Below, one piece after another: positions 30,462 through 44,091 of a DNA stretch of 64,000 nucleotides. This DNA comes from the human T2T-CHM13v2.0 reference genome, Homo sapiens. Numbering within the stretch: the stretch's first letter is position 1; each line of letters opens with the position of its first letter. The DNA is taken from NCBI RefSeq assembly GCF_009914755.1, contig NC_060932.1. One strand, 5' to 3'. The notes beneath the pieces were generated by a model. It saw only the letters and a list, made by a program, of their open reading frames with translations. It was not told the origin of the DNA and did not search any database. The position numbers and the translations under genes were made by a program.

Positions 30462-31147
30462 GTAAGAGAAAGTTTTAAAACAAAACGGAGTTCAATTTCT
30501 AGGGAGCAGAGCTTTGTTGTCTTTGTTTGACCAAAACCTCAAGTAAAAGAAGAGAATATAGTGGGAATAATTAGCCACAACGGGTGGTATAAATCCAAAG
30601 AGAAAAATAATTCATCAACTTTAAAGCAACTCATTTAAAACTGGGAGTGTGGTTTATTTGACCTGCATTTGGGAGCAAATGTTAATGAAGAAGTAAAGGC
30701 AACTTATGGCTTTTTCAGTTCTTTCATTTCCCTCTAGATGTCTTTGATAGAAACTAATTATCAATGCTCTTGATTTAATTTGGAAAAAAATTGGATGAAG
30801 GTTTTTCTTAAGTCCCATGTCACTGTTCATAACCTGGGAGAGCTAAAATTCACCTCTGATCCTTCATCAGTAACTGCTCTAGTCAGTAGAGTCCGAGGAG
30901 TCCACTTTGGAAAACAAGAAAAATTATTATTATGGTGATTATTATTTTTTAAATAAAAATTTCTTGTGGGAATGCAGAAAGACCAGAGGAAATTTTCCCA
31001 GTGCTAAAGTTGCTTTTATTAACCCATTAAGCAGATAAACAAAACTTTCATTAATTGAAACCCAACCAAATTGAACCCTTTTTTTTTTTTTTTTCTGCAT
31101 TCTGTTTTCAAGGAAAGAAAAAAAAAAAGACTCAAAAGCAAGAAAAC

Positions 31148-31440
31148 GGCCGGATGCAGCGGCTCATGCCTGTAATCCCAGCACTTTGGGAGGCCGAGGC
31201 GGGCGGATCACGAGGTCAGGAGATCGAGACCATCCTGGCTAACACGGTGAAACCCTGTCTCTACTAAAAATACAAAAAATTAGCCAGGTGTGGTGGCGGG
31301 CGCCTGTAGTCCCCGCTACTCGGGAGGCTGAGGCAGGAGAATGGCGTGAACCCAGGAGGCGGAACTTGTAGTGTGAGCCGAGGTGGCACCACTGCACTCC
31401 AGCCTGGGCGACAGAGCGAGACTGTGTCAAAAAGAAAAAA
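31148..31440 (+). mobile_element. AluY
   Basis: TSD AAAAGCAAGAAAAC. Confidence 0.95.
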
Positions 31441-31557
31441 AGCAAGAAAACAAGATACTGTCAGGAACTTATCATAAAATGAACTTTCAATATGATATTT
31501 AGGATCCATTAGATATGTAGCCCAATCATGTACACTTCCTACATTTCGTCTGCAGTA

Positions 31558-31864
31558 TTTCTTTTTTTTTTTTTTTTTGAGACAGAGTGTCACTCTGTTG
31601 CCCAGGCTGGTGTGCACAGGTGGAATCATGTTTCACTGCAGCCTCAACCTCCCCAGGCTCAGGTGATCCTCTCACTTCAGCCTCCCGAGTAGCTGGGATT
31701 ATGGGTGTGTGCTACCATGCCCAGCTAAATTTTTTTTTTTTTTTTGTAGAGACAAAGTTTCGCCATGTTGCCCAGGCTCATCTCAAACTCCTGGGCTTGA
31801 GGGATCTGCCCACCTTGGACTCTCAAAGTGTTGGGATTACAGGTGTGAGCCATCACATCTGGCC
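31558..31864 (-). mobile_element. AluJ
   Basis: Antisense dimer. Confidence 0.92.
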
Positions 31865-32276
31865 GGCAGTGTATTCTTAGTTATTGATGTTTTCCAGGGT
31901 TATATCCTCAATTTTCTTACCTTTTTTGGTAGTATAAGATTGGGATTAAGAATGTGGGCTTTGGATTTGAATCCTAGCACCATCATTTATAAATTTTGCA
32001 GCATCATCTGAATGGGCAAAATATCAATACCTACTCATAGAATTGTTTGATTAACTGAGTTAATACATGTCAAGTGCCAGATCAATGACTGTCATGGAGG
32101 AAATGCTCAATACATACTTGCTATTATTATTCTTATTCTACATGGCATCCCTGGATGGCACTTTTCCTCCTTGATATTCATAGCTTCAACTTTCATTTAT
32201 ATGCTAGTATTGATAGCATCCAAACAGAAGTGTAAAAATATACATGTGTATTTATAAATATGGCTTTGTCCCATAG

Positions 32277-32653
<377 letters not shown>

Positions 32654-33639
32654 GGGTTCCACATATCCTTACATTCTACCACTGCAGAACCGTATGGTGC
32701 TGCCCACTGAGACCCCTGTCTTCAGCTTTGATGATTGCTGTTCTCTTCTAGTGAGGTTAGAATCTACTTATCCTGCAGACTAGTCCTCTCCTGCCAGTGG
32801 AATCCATCAAGGCTCTGCAAGACTCCAGGCCTGAGTGTCCCTGTGCTCACTCACCAGGAGGCCGCTGTGACATGGCCCTTTAGAAAACCCCCCACCACCG
32901 AGTCCATCATGCCTCCCCTTCCCTGTTACCTTTGGTTATTGCTTTCTCTCTGGTTCTAGCTCTCTGCTTGCTTTTCTCCGACTCACCTTCTTCACTGCTC
33001 TCTTTCCAAGCCTTCCACTTGTCCCATAGTAAACAGATGTCTCAGCATCCTCAACCTTTTCACTGAAGGCTCCTCTATTACCATGCCTGAGCTGAAACTG
33101 GGCTGGCTCCTCTGGACACTGCTTCCCCCCAGGAGCCATCTCAAATGGGTCCTTTTCATTTTCTCACTCCATGCATGCCCGAAGGTGGGCAGAAAATCTC
33201 TGCTTTCCTCCAGTTTTTGCCACAGGTTTCTCCCTCCTGTTACTGCCACCCACTGTCCGCCTGAAAGATGTTCTCCATTTAGGGAAGTCACTGGCATGGG
33301 GCTCAGGCTCCTACCTTCCACTCTTAAGTCCTGCTCATCTCTGTGACATTATCTTGCTGTTCCCCAGCAACCCTTTTCACAAACATATCCTGTACTTTAT
33401 CATAACACATAACTGTCCATCCCCAAAAGAATAAGTGTAGACATGCCCTCCATCAACCAGGGCCTCTTAATGTTGCAGCTGCCTCAGGGGCTCACGCCTG
33501 TCCCATGTGTTTCTTGACCCTGTGGTCTATTGTTATTGACCCTTAATCCCTTGAGGCTCAGCTCTTCCCCTATCCAGTCTTCACCTTATTTTCCACCCAA
33601 CTTAGACTTTTTGATTCATTGTTTCCATATTTCCCTTGC

Positions 33640-34001
33640 TGATATGATTGGGCTATGTCCCCACCCAAATCTCATCTTGAATATTAGCTCCCATAATTCC
33701 CAAGTGTTGTGGGAAGGACCCGGGGGGAGATAATTGAATCATGGGGGCGGTTTCCCCCATAGTGTTCTCGAGGTAGTGAACAAGTCTCACAAGATCTGAT
33801 AGATTTATAAAGGGTTTCCCCTTTCACTTGGGTTTCATTCTGTCTCGTGCCTGCTGCCATGTAAGATGTACCTTTCACCTTCCACCATGATTGTGAGGCC
33901 TCCCCAGCCATGTGGAACTGAATCCATTAAACCTCTTTTTCTTTATAAATTACCAAGTCTCAGGTATGTCTTTATTTTCAGCATGAGAATAGACTAGCAC
34001 A
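33640..34001 (+). mobile_element. THE1B/C solo LTR (MaLR)
   Basis: TGATATG...CCCACCCAAATCTCATCTTGAAT...CA; perfect 5-bp TSD CTTGC. Confidence 0.92.
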
Positions 34002-34388
34002 CTTGCCAATTAACTTCTTTGCTCACATTTCCTTTTTTGTTGTTGTTGTTATATCCTCCCTAAAATACCTGGATTGACGTCCCAAAGCGCTGGGATTATA
34101 GGTCAGTTTGTGTCTGACTTCACCTTGCTTAAACCTGGACTACTGCATTTCTAAAGAAAATAGCATTATCATATAGATTGGTAGACTCTAGATTCATATT
34201 TTTTTCAGCCCTAACAGGGCTGAATTCTCTGAATTAATGATTTCAAACCTTTTTCATTCTCCTCAATGGCCTACAACACCCTGCATTGCAGGCCCTCCAT
34301 TGTTTCTCTGACCCCACCTCCTACTGCTGTCACAGTTGCCCACACCTGTCCAGCCTCACTGGCCTCCCTGCTAAATCTGGAATGGATC

Positions 34389-35106
34389 TGTGATGGTCAG
34401 TTTGTGTGACAACTTGACTATGCTATAGTCTCCAGTTATTCAATCAAACACTAACCTAGGTGTTGTTACGAAGGTAGTTTTTAGATGGAATTAAAACCCA
34501 TAATCAGCTGACTTTAAGTAAGGCAGATAATCCCAGATAATCTTTCTTTTTTTTTTTCTTTTTTTTTTTTTTTAGACAGAGTCTCTCTCTGTTGCCCAGG
34601 CTGGAGTACAGTGGCGTGATCTCGGGATCTCAGCTCACTGCAACCTCTGCCTCCTGGGTTCAAGTGATTCTCATGCCTCAGCCTCCTAATCAGCTAGGAT
34701 TACAGGCGTGCACACCACCACGCACAAATAATTTTTTTATTTTTAGTAGAGATGGGTTTTCACCATGTTGGCTAGGCTGGTCTGGAGCTCCTGACCTCAG
34801 GTGATCTGCCCGCCTCGGCCTCCCAAAGTGCTGGGGTTACAGGCATGAGCCACCACACCAAGCCCCCAGATAATCTTAACAGGCCTGATTCAGTAAGTTG
34901 AAAGGCCTAACAAGCAGAACTGAGGCTTTTCTGCAAACTAGAGCTTCAGCTCATACCTCAGAATTCTAGCCTGCCCTTCCTGTTGGCCTGCCTTACAAAT
35001 ATTGGACTTTCTTAGCAGCCTTCACAGTCACATATGCCAATTCCTTGCAACAAATGTCTTAATATATATCTCCCACTGGTTCTATTTCTCTGATTGAACC
35101 CTAACA
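34389..35106 (+). mobile_element. MLT2-like LTR (5' LTR of a MaLR relic), Alu-interrupted
   Basis: TGTGATGGTCAGTTT...CAACTTGAC...CCAGTTATTCAATCAAACACTAA; ends TTCTCTGATTGAACCCTAACA. Confidence 0.7.
34543..34864 (-). mobile_element. AluSx
   Basis: TSD CCCAGATAATCTT. Confidence 0.93.
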
Positions 35107-35239
35107 TGGATTTTTGGACCTGAAAGTGAAGTGCTACTGTAACAAATACTTAAACATGTGAAAGTGGCTTTAGAATTGGGCAGTTAATGAGAGAGACTGG
35201 AAGAACTCTGAGAAGCGTGATTGAAAAAGTCTAAATTGG

Positions 35240-35407
35240 GGCCAGGTACAGTGGCTCACACCTGTGATCCCAACATGTTAGGAGGCTAAGGTAGAAGGAT
35301 TCTTTCAGCCCAGGAGTTCAAGGCTGCAATGAGCCATGATTGCACCACTACACACCAGCGTGGGTGACAGAGTGAGACCCTATCTCTAAAAAAGAAAAAA
35401 TAAATTA
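35240..35407 (+). mobile_element. Alu monomer (FRAM-like)
   Basis: TSD AAAAAGTCTAAATT. Confidence 0.88.
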
Positions 35408-35872
35408 AAAAGTCTAAATTGTCTTACAGACTGTTAGGAGAAATATGGATGTTAAAGACTCTCTGAGGGGTCAGAAGGAAGTGGGGATCATACGAGAGAA
35501 GGCCTAAATTGTCTTAGAGGTTACCTAAATTGTCAGAAACAGATGGTTTGTGGAAGTATGGACATTAAAGACGTTAACCTACTGGCTTGGATTAAAGTAA
35601 AAATGAATAATTTTTTAAAAAGAAAAATAATAATTAAGAAACAAAAAAAAGGTGCTAACTGTGAAGATCCAGAATGAAATGGGGACTATATTTTTGAAAA
35701 CAGGAGGAAAAGAGATCCTTGTTATATAGTGGCAGAAAAGCTGAGTTGAGTTGTGTCCTACATGTATATGGAAAGCAGAACTTTTAAACAATGTATTTGG
35801 ATATTTAGCTGAGGAAATTTCCAAGCAGGGTGTTGAAAGCATAGCCTGGTTTCTTCTTGCTGCTTATAGTAA

Positions 35873-36097
<225 letters not shown>

Positions 36098-36939
36098 TAA
36101 GAACTGTTAATCAAAAAGGAACAGGACTTCATGATTTGGGAAATCCTCAGCCTATCCAGATTGCAAAAGATGCTAAAATGAGATTCACTGTCAGGAGAGC
36201 TGTGCTCTGGAAAGAAGGCCAAGGGTGTGGCTCGACAGCTTTTTGCTAGTGCCTGGAATGGATAAAAATTCAGAATATTCAGTCATAAAGAGAACTCTGA
36301 AGAGATTAGGCATATGATTCATAGGTTCTCTTAGCCATCTCAGCAGAAGCCAGGAATAATGATGAAATTATCAGGTGAAACCTGTGAAGGAGTCTTTGGT
36401 CTAATGGAATGGATTTCCATGATATACATAGTAGACCTACAAGGCTTTTGAGATTTATAACAGCAGAAACACTGAATTGAAAGAGAGGGCTGAAACAGAG
36501 GACTGAATGAAAGAAAGCTGTAGGACTCCCAGGCAGAACAAGCTGATAAAACTTCTCAGCCACAAACAAATACAATCTTTTCTGAAAAAAGAAGGATGGC
36601 CCAGAAGGTAGAACCTTGGGCCCAGAGGGTGGAGCCTCTGGCCACAGAGAATTATTCACTGGCCTTGAAAACTAATGGAGTTTGCCTTGCTGGATTTCAA
36701 AATTGTTTAGGACCGGTGCTATTTTTTCCTTCCATTTTGTCCTGCTTTGAATGGGAGTAGCTGCAACTGGCATCCTGTTCCATCATTGTATTTGCTGAGC
36801 AGATAATTTGTTTTCTAATTTCACAGGTCCATAGATGGAGAGGAATTTTGCTCAAGGATTGATGATACCCAGAGTCTTACCTATACATGAGTTAGATGAT
36901 TTAAATATTTAATAAAGTATCTTATAAACATGATATTCT

Positions 36940-37146
36940 TTATTTTTTTTTCTGTCACCCAGGCTGGAGTGCAGTGGTGTGATCATAGCTCACTGCAGCC
37001 TCAAATTCCTGAGCTCAAGCTTATTCTCCTGTCTCAGCCTCCCAAGTAGCCTGGGATTATAGGCACGTGCCACCACACCTGGCTAATTTTTAAAATTTTT
37101 TTGTAGAGAAAAATTTTTTAATTTTTTTGTTATGTTGCCCAGGATG
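36940..37146 (-). mobile_element. Truncated AluJ
   Basis: Antisense Alu; TSD GATATTCT. Confidence 0.85.
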
Positions 37147-37199
37147 GGATATTCTGTAAAATATATAAAAATAACTGCAAAACTAAAATGTAAAACAAA

Positions 37200-37428
37200 C
37201 ACTAGATTAGGAGACAGGAGACCTGACTTCTGCCCCACTCTTTTAACACCTTACTAGTGACGTTGTATAAGTCACTCAATTCTTTCTGGGCCAATACCTG
37301 CACTTGGTAAATCAGGACTATTAATAGTACCCTCCTTATATCACAATGCTATATGAATCAAAGTAGGTCATGGGTATGACCATGCTTAAAATTGTGTTAG
37401 GTATTGTACAAATATATAGTATTATTTT
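37200..37428 (+). mobile_element. MIR (diverged)
   Basis: GGAGACAGGAGACCTG...AAGTCACTCAATTCTTTCTGGGCC...TAATAGTACC. Confidence 0.6.
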
Positions 37429-37691
37429 TGCTGAGGGTTGAAGTAAACAAAAATAATTCAGTTGTTAAGCAGGAAATATCAAATGGTCTGAGAGACACAG
37501 CTCATATCATACCTTGACCTCAATGTTACCAGCCTTGATTTAGATAATGAGATTTGAGATTTTTTAACAGATAAAGTTTAGATGAAATTTTGGTCTTTGA
37601 ATTGATGCCATAATGGATTGAGCTGTTGGGATGAGGTGAATATATTTTGCATATTGGATGGTTGTGAATCTTTAAGGTTCAGGAGATGAGC

Positions 37692-38160
37692 TGTGGTAGA
37701 CTGAAGAGTGATTCTCAAATATATTCAGGACCTAATCCCTGGAGCCTGTGAATATTACCTAATGTGTCAAAAGGGACTTTGTGCAGATGTGATTAAATGA
37801 AGGACCTGGTTTTGAGATAGGGAGATTATGCTGGATTGGCCTGATAAGCACTAATGTAAGTGTTCCGAAGGGAGATTTGACTATGGAAGAGGAAGTAGCA
37901 GGTGTGAGAATGGAAGCAAGAGGTTGGAGTGGTACAAGGAGCGGCCATGAGTCAAGAATTGCAGGCAGCCTCTCCAAGCGGGGAGAGGCAAGGAAACAGA
38001 TTGTCCCCTGCAGCCTCCACAAAAAGTCCAGCCTGGATGACACCTCAACTTTAACCTTGTGAACTTTTGGCTTCCAGAACTTATGGGAGAATAAATTTAT
38101 GTTGTTTCCAAGGACAAAGTTGATGGTAATTTGCTGCGTCAGCAATAGGAAACTCACACA
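37692..38160 (+). mobile_element. MLT1D-like LTR (3' LTR of the MaLR relic)
   Basis: TGTGGTAGACTGAA...CCTAATCCCTGGAGCCTGTGAATAT...CAGCAATAGGAAACTCACACA. Confidence 0.82.
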
Positions 38161-38819
38161 ATATCCTACACGCTCTCACCTGAGGATTTTTGTGCTGGCT
38201 ATTCCTTCCTCCTCAAATATTTTCGCCAGATAGCCATCTGGCTGACTCCTCCACCATCTTCAAATATTGGCTTACACGTGAAGCCTCTCTTTACCTTGTC
38301 ATTTGACATTGCAGCCTTCCCTCTACATCCTCCCCACCAGAGCTCTTCATTCCCTTCACCCTCTATTCGCTCAAAGTACTCACAAACTTCTAGCATTCTA
38401 TGTAATTCACTTACTTATTATATTCATTGTAGATTACTTGTCTTCCCACCTTGGGATACGAGCTCCACAATGGCAGGGGCCTTTTTCTACTTTGTCCATT
38501 ACTGAATTCTGTGTACTCAAAATAGTGCTTGGTGCATGGGGGTTACCCAGTAAATATTTATCGGATGAATAAAACTTCCTATCCAGTTGCCTCACTCTTC
38601 ATCTCAGCAGATGATTTTACTTCCAATTTCATAGAAAAGAAACTAGAAATCATCAGGGAGGGCACCATTAATCTTGTGTTTCTGCCTTTCCACTGTCTTC
38701 TCCCCATTCTACCTTTTGCTTCCCTTCCTCTTCCAAGTGAATTCCTCCACCTGGGTTTTGGTTTCCACTACTCCTACCTAGTCAGGAAAATCAAACATTA
38801 AATTATCCTTTTTCTTATA

Positions 38820-39328
<509 letters not shown>

Positions 39329-39659
39329 TTAAGTTACCTTTTCAGACTCCTCTTTTTGTGCCCTCTAAATGTCGCTATTTCCCAGAGTTTTGCCCTAGTC
39401 TACTTTGTCTTTTTGTATCGTACATTCTTTGAAGCCCATGGATTCAAGAGCCATCTATAATACAAGTATTCCCAAGGGCATTACTTCATCAGATAAGTGC
39501 CAGCCACTAACTAGGTGCTGTGGATATAGCAGTGAATAAGATGGACATAGTCTCATGGAGCTTCTACTTGGGGTCTGAAGGCAAAACTAAGAAAAAGTTT
39601 AAAAGGTAGATAAGATCATTTAGAATAATATAAGTGCTATTAAGAATAGCTCAGGGTAT

Positions 39660-39954
39660 GCTGGGCATGATGGCTCATGCCTGTAATCCCAACACTTTAG
39701 AAGGCTGATGTGAGAGGATCCCTTGAGGTCAGGAGTTCAAGACCAGCCTGGGCAACATAGGGATCTTTTGTAGAATCTCTACAAAAAATAAAGAAAATTA
39801 GTTGGGTACGGTAGCACACACCTGTAGTCCCAGCTACTCAGGAGGGTGAGGCAGGAGGATCACTTGAGCCCAGGAGTTCGAGGCTAGTGAGCCATGATCA
39901 TGCCACTGCACTCCAGTCTGGGCAACAGAACAAGACTGTCAAAAAAAAAAAAAA
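39660..39954 (+). mobile_element. AluJ
   Basis: Dimer with A14 tail. Confidence 0.92.
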
Positions 39955-40039
39955 GTCCTAACTCACGGTAATGGAAAAGAGCAACAGAACAAGACTGTCA
40001 AAAAAAAAAAAAAGTCCTAACTCACGGTAATGGAAAAGA
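39922..40039. repeat. Perfect 59-bp tandem duplication
   Basis: 39922-39980 equals 39981-40039, including A14. Confidence 0.95.
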
Positions 40040-40126
40040 AGGTAACTGGGCAGGTGCAGGGTTGGAAGGCTACTCTGGATAGAGGGGCAGTGAAGGTTTC
40101 CTTGAGGAGATGGCCTTTAAGCTGAG

Positions 40127-40659
40127 CAGGGCTGGACCTAGGTGAGGCTAGTGAGCACAGATTTGCAGGGGTCGCCAAAATCTCAGTAACCAAAATAAAT
40201 ATAATTTTTTAATGCAATAATTTAAAAAAGCAAAATCAATGCCAAAAACATTAGGAATGCAATACCGAAATTTAAAAGTAAAGTGCTAGTAAGATGAATT
40301 TAATTAAAAATTATTTAAGATCATCAGTTGGTCAAGAGATATGAAATATGACAGTCCACTCAGTTGAAAATGAGATAAGCCAAGAAGTCGATTTTGAAAA
40401 TGCTATTGATGAATTGGCTTCTGTGGAAACTAGAAAAGGAAAATTACATTAAATCCTGATTTTGGTGTAAATAGAATCTTTAAACTTAAAATAACATTGT
40501 GAGTTTTAATATACTTATTTTTTAAATTTTTCAATATTTTTTCAACTACTTTAATGTTCTGGAAAAATACTGACCATTTAAATGATACATATAAAGATGT
40601 ATATAGGGGAGCGTGTTTTTCTTTCTTGCCTCAGTCTCCCATGGTTCTGTACAGCACTG
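40127..40659 (+). mobile_element. hAT-Tip100 non-autonomous DNA transposon (ORSL-like)
   Basis: TIRs CAGGGCTGGAC / GTACAGCACTG; degenerate 8-bp TSD AAGCTGAG/AGGCTAAG; transposase C-terminal remnant at 40291-40452. Confidence 0.8.
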
Positions 40660-41023
40660 AGGCTAAGACCTGAATGACAAGAAGGCAGCCACATGGTCAT
40701 TGTTTGGAAGAGCCTCCTAGACGCGGGGAGCATGCTGTGATGGCATTGGGAATAAAAGGAGCTGAGTATAGTAAAGGAACTGATGGGACCAGTGTGGAAA
40801 TGAAGGAAAATATGTGTGAAAGAAGATTAGAGACATACAGGGGCCAGATCCTGGAGATGCTTATAGACCAGAGGAAGAAGGGTGGATTTTTTTTTCTTAT
40901 TGCATTACGGACTCATAGGAAGCTTTTAAGCAAGGGAGCGATATAATTTGGGATTTGCGAAAGATCAGATTTGCTGTTGAGTGGAGAATGGACTATATCA
41001 GAGCAGGACCAGAAAAGGTGAAA

Positions 41024-41358
41024 GGCTGGTGCAGCGGCTCATGCCTGTAATCCCAGCACTTTGGGAGCTGAGGCAGGCGGATCACTTGAGCTCAGGTGTT
41101 CTAGACCAGCCTAGGCAACATAGCAAGACCCCATCTCTACAAAAAATACAAAAATGGGACAGGTGTGGTGGTGGGTGCCTGTAGTCCCAGCTACTTGGGA
41201 GGCTGAGGCAGGAGGATTACTTGAGCCTGGAGGTCAAAGCTGCAGTGAGCTGAGATCATGCCACTGCACTCCAGCCTGGGCGACAGAGCTGAAGACTCTC
41301 TGACTCAAAAAAAAAACAAAAACAAACAAACAAAAACTGTCTCAAAAAAAAAGAAAAA
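41024..41358 (+). mobile_element. AluJ
   Basis: Dimer with compound tail. Confidence 0.92.
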
Positions 41359-41851
41359 ATATCCTGTGAGAATGGTTAAGAGGCAACTGCAGCACTGCAG
41401 CTGAGAGGGGAGAGGCATGTCTCCAGCCACAGCTCATGTGTCCCTGCTCAGTCTGAGACCCAGGTAACTTTGCTTACTGGGCAGCTCCTCAGGATTGTCC
41501 CACAGGCTTTAAATCAACCACGCCAAATCTGAGTTTACTGTCTTTTCCCATAAACCTGCTCCACCTTGCTCTTCCTCTCATTGAATGGATCACTGCTCAC
41601 CTAATTACTGAATCTAGAAACCCGATCCTTGACTCCTTCTCGCTGGCCCCCCAAATCCAGTCAAGGATTCACTTCCTTTGAACCCAGCTTCTAATTCAGG
41701 CCACCCAGCTTTCCCTTTTCTTTAGGCTCCGCTGCCATCTCCCTAATTCAAGTTGCCAGCATCTCCCTTCCATATCGCTGCCCAGTCTTCTCACTGTGCG
41801 TCCTCACTTGCTGTTTTCTTTTCTCCTATCTAGTCTCCATTCTACAACTGA

Positions 41852-42223
<372 letters not shown>

Positions 42224-42683
42224 TAGTGGCTTCTCTCTTCCCTCACAGCAAAGCCCTAATGGTGTTTGTGAGGCCTTGTGCATCTCTCTTGCCTCCTCAT
42301 TTTCCCCGCTCATTCTATGTTCTACTGCTCTAATCTCACATCATTTGACTCATTGGCTTTTTCTTGGCACTGGTCCTACCTGCTCACGATTTGTTCTGTC
42401 TTCTCTACTCTTTTGTCATCATTCTACTTAGGTTCTAGGTTTCAGTTTTGACATTGTCCCCCAGCAAGCCTTTCTCAAATTCAAATCCAGATTTGTGATT
42501 TCTTGGCACCCTCTCTTCATTTATCTCAGCATGTCTCACACCATTTCACAGCATTTATGGTCATAGCATTGACTTGTCTGCAAAACCACTCCTCAGTAAG
42601 GTCCATGAAGGCAGGGAGTATTTCTTTATTGATACTGTACCCCAAGCACACTGGTTCAGTCTCTCCATCGTTTCTTGCTCTAG

Positions 42684-42996
42684 TTCTTTTTTTTTTTTTT
42701 TTTTTTTTGAGACAGTGTCTCACTCTGTCACCCAGGCTAGAGTGCAGTGGGGTGATCATCGCTCACTGCAGACTCAACCTCCTGGGCTCAAGTGACCCTC
42801 CCACCTCAGCCTCCTAAGTAGCTGAGACCACAAGTGTATGCAGTCACACCCAGCTAATGTTTAAATTTTTATTTTATGTAGAGATGGGGGTCTCACTGTG
42901 TTGCCCAGGCTAGTTTCGAACTCCTGGGCTCAAGCAGTCCTCCCAGTTCTGTCTCCCAAAGTGCTGGAATTAGAGGTATGAGCCACGGTGCCTGGC
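42684..42996 (-). mobile_element. AluJ
   Basis: Antisense dimer, long T tract. Confidence 0.92.
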
Positions 42997-44091
42997 CCTT
43001 ATTCAAATACTGATGGGAGAGAAAGATTGACCTAGTAAATTACCTATTGGGTAGAATGTTTTATGCCATGCCACCTTAGCGGTTGGGGACCAGCCTATAG
43101 ATTGGCCAGTATTGGATCAGGTGGCATTTCTGGTCCAATAAAAGACTCTCTTGCTCAAGAAACATCTTTCATCACTTGGCGACTATGGGTGCTGAAGTCC
43201 CCTTAAAAAGAGCTAGTGGGCTTGTTAAGCATTCTAAGTGACATATTCAGCATAAACAGCAGCTTTGGAACAAGGGGCCAAGCTTGATCAGCCCACCTTC
43301 TATTTATTTCATAGCATTTACTCTCCCCAAAAGACAGTATTTGGTTGGATCAGGTTGCTACCATTCAACCTAGAGCATTTCCATTGAGCAACGTTTACCT
43401 CCCAGTCCACCCCAGCGCTCCTCATGCCTACAGAATGGGTTGCCTGTGGTTTGCATTGATCTGTGGTCCCATGTGGCCTATGTGGGTTTACTTAACTGAG
43501 AAGACACATGCAACAGTAAGGCAAACCATGTAGGGAAAAAACCCCTCTTGGGGTTTACTTCCCTCCCTCAAAAGGAGGCAGTTTAAATGGCAGAACTTTG
43601 AGCATTCTGGGGCTCCCTGGCATACTCACTTATCAAACATCATTAGAAAATGAGGGATTCTGGGTCAGAGAATCTTCCAGACAACTGAATGAATTCCATT
43701 TTAAACAGCAAAACTTAAGAACAAAACGTTTAAAGCATTTAATGAGTATTTGCTTTTCTGCTTTCATTAAGAACACAGAAGGTATTTAACTCTTAAAATG
43801 ATGCCGTGCTGTCCTTATTACGTGCATCAGTCATTGTTCTGGGCCCTCAGGGCCTATTAAGCTGCAAAGAGCTGTTTGCTCCAGCACTAAATCGCCTCCC
43901 CTGGTTGACTTTTATTACTTTTGTATATGCTTTTAATCATTATCCAATATGTTTCTAGACTCTGGGTCTTCCTTTAACATCTCTTCTTGCCACATCCTCC
44001 TCTCTTCAGATGGGCTGCGCTCCATCTATTGTTGGCTGAAAATCCAGAAAACCAAGACTGGGAGAGGTGGCTATTGAGGTTCAGTAATTTC

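Larger units (their letters stand above)
39490..41010 (+). mobile_element. L2 relic interrupted by an Alu and a hAT element
   Basis: CTAGGTGCTGTGGATATAGCAGTGAATAAGA; GAGGAGATGGCCTTTAAGCTGAG|ACCTGAATGA. Confidence 0.7.
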
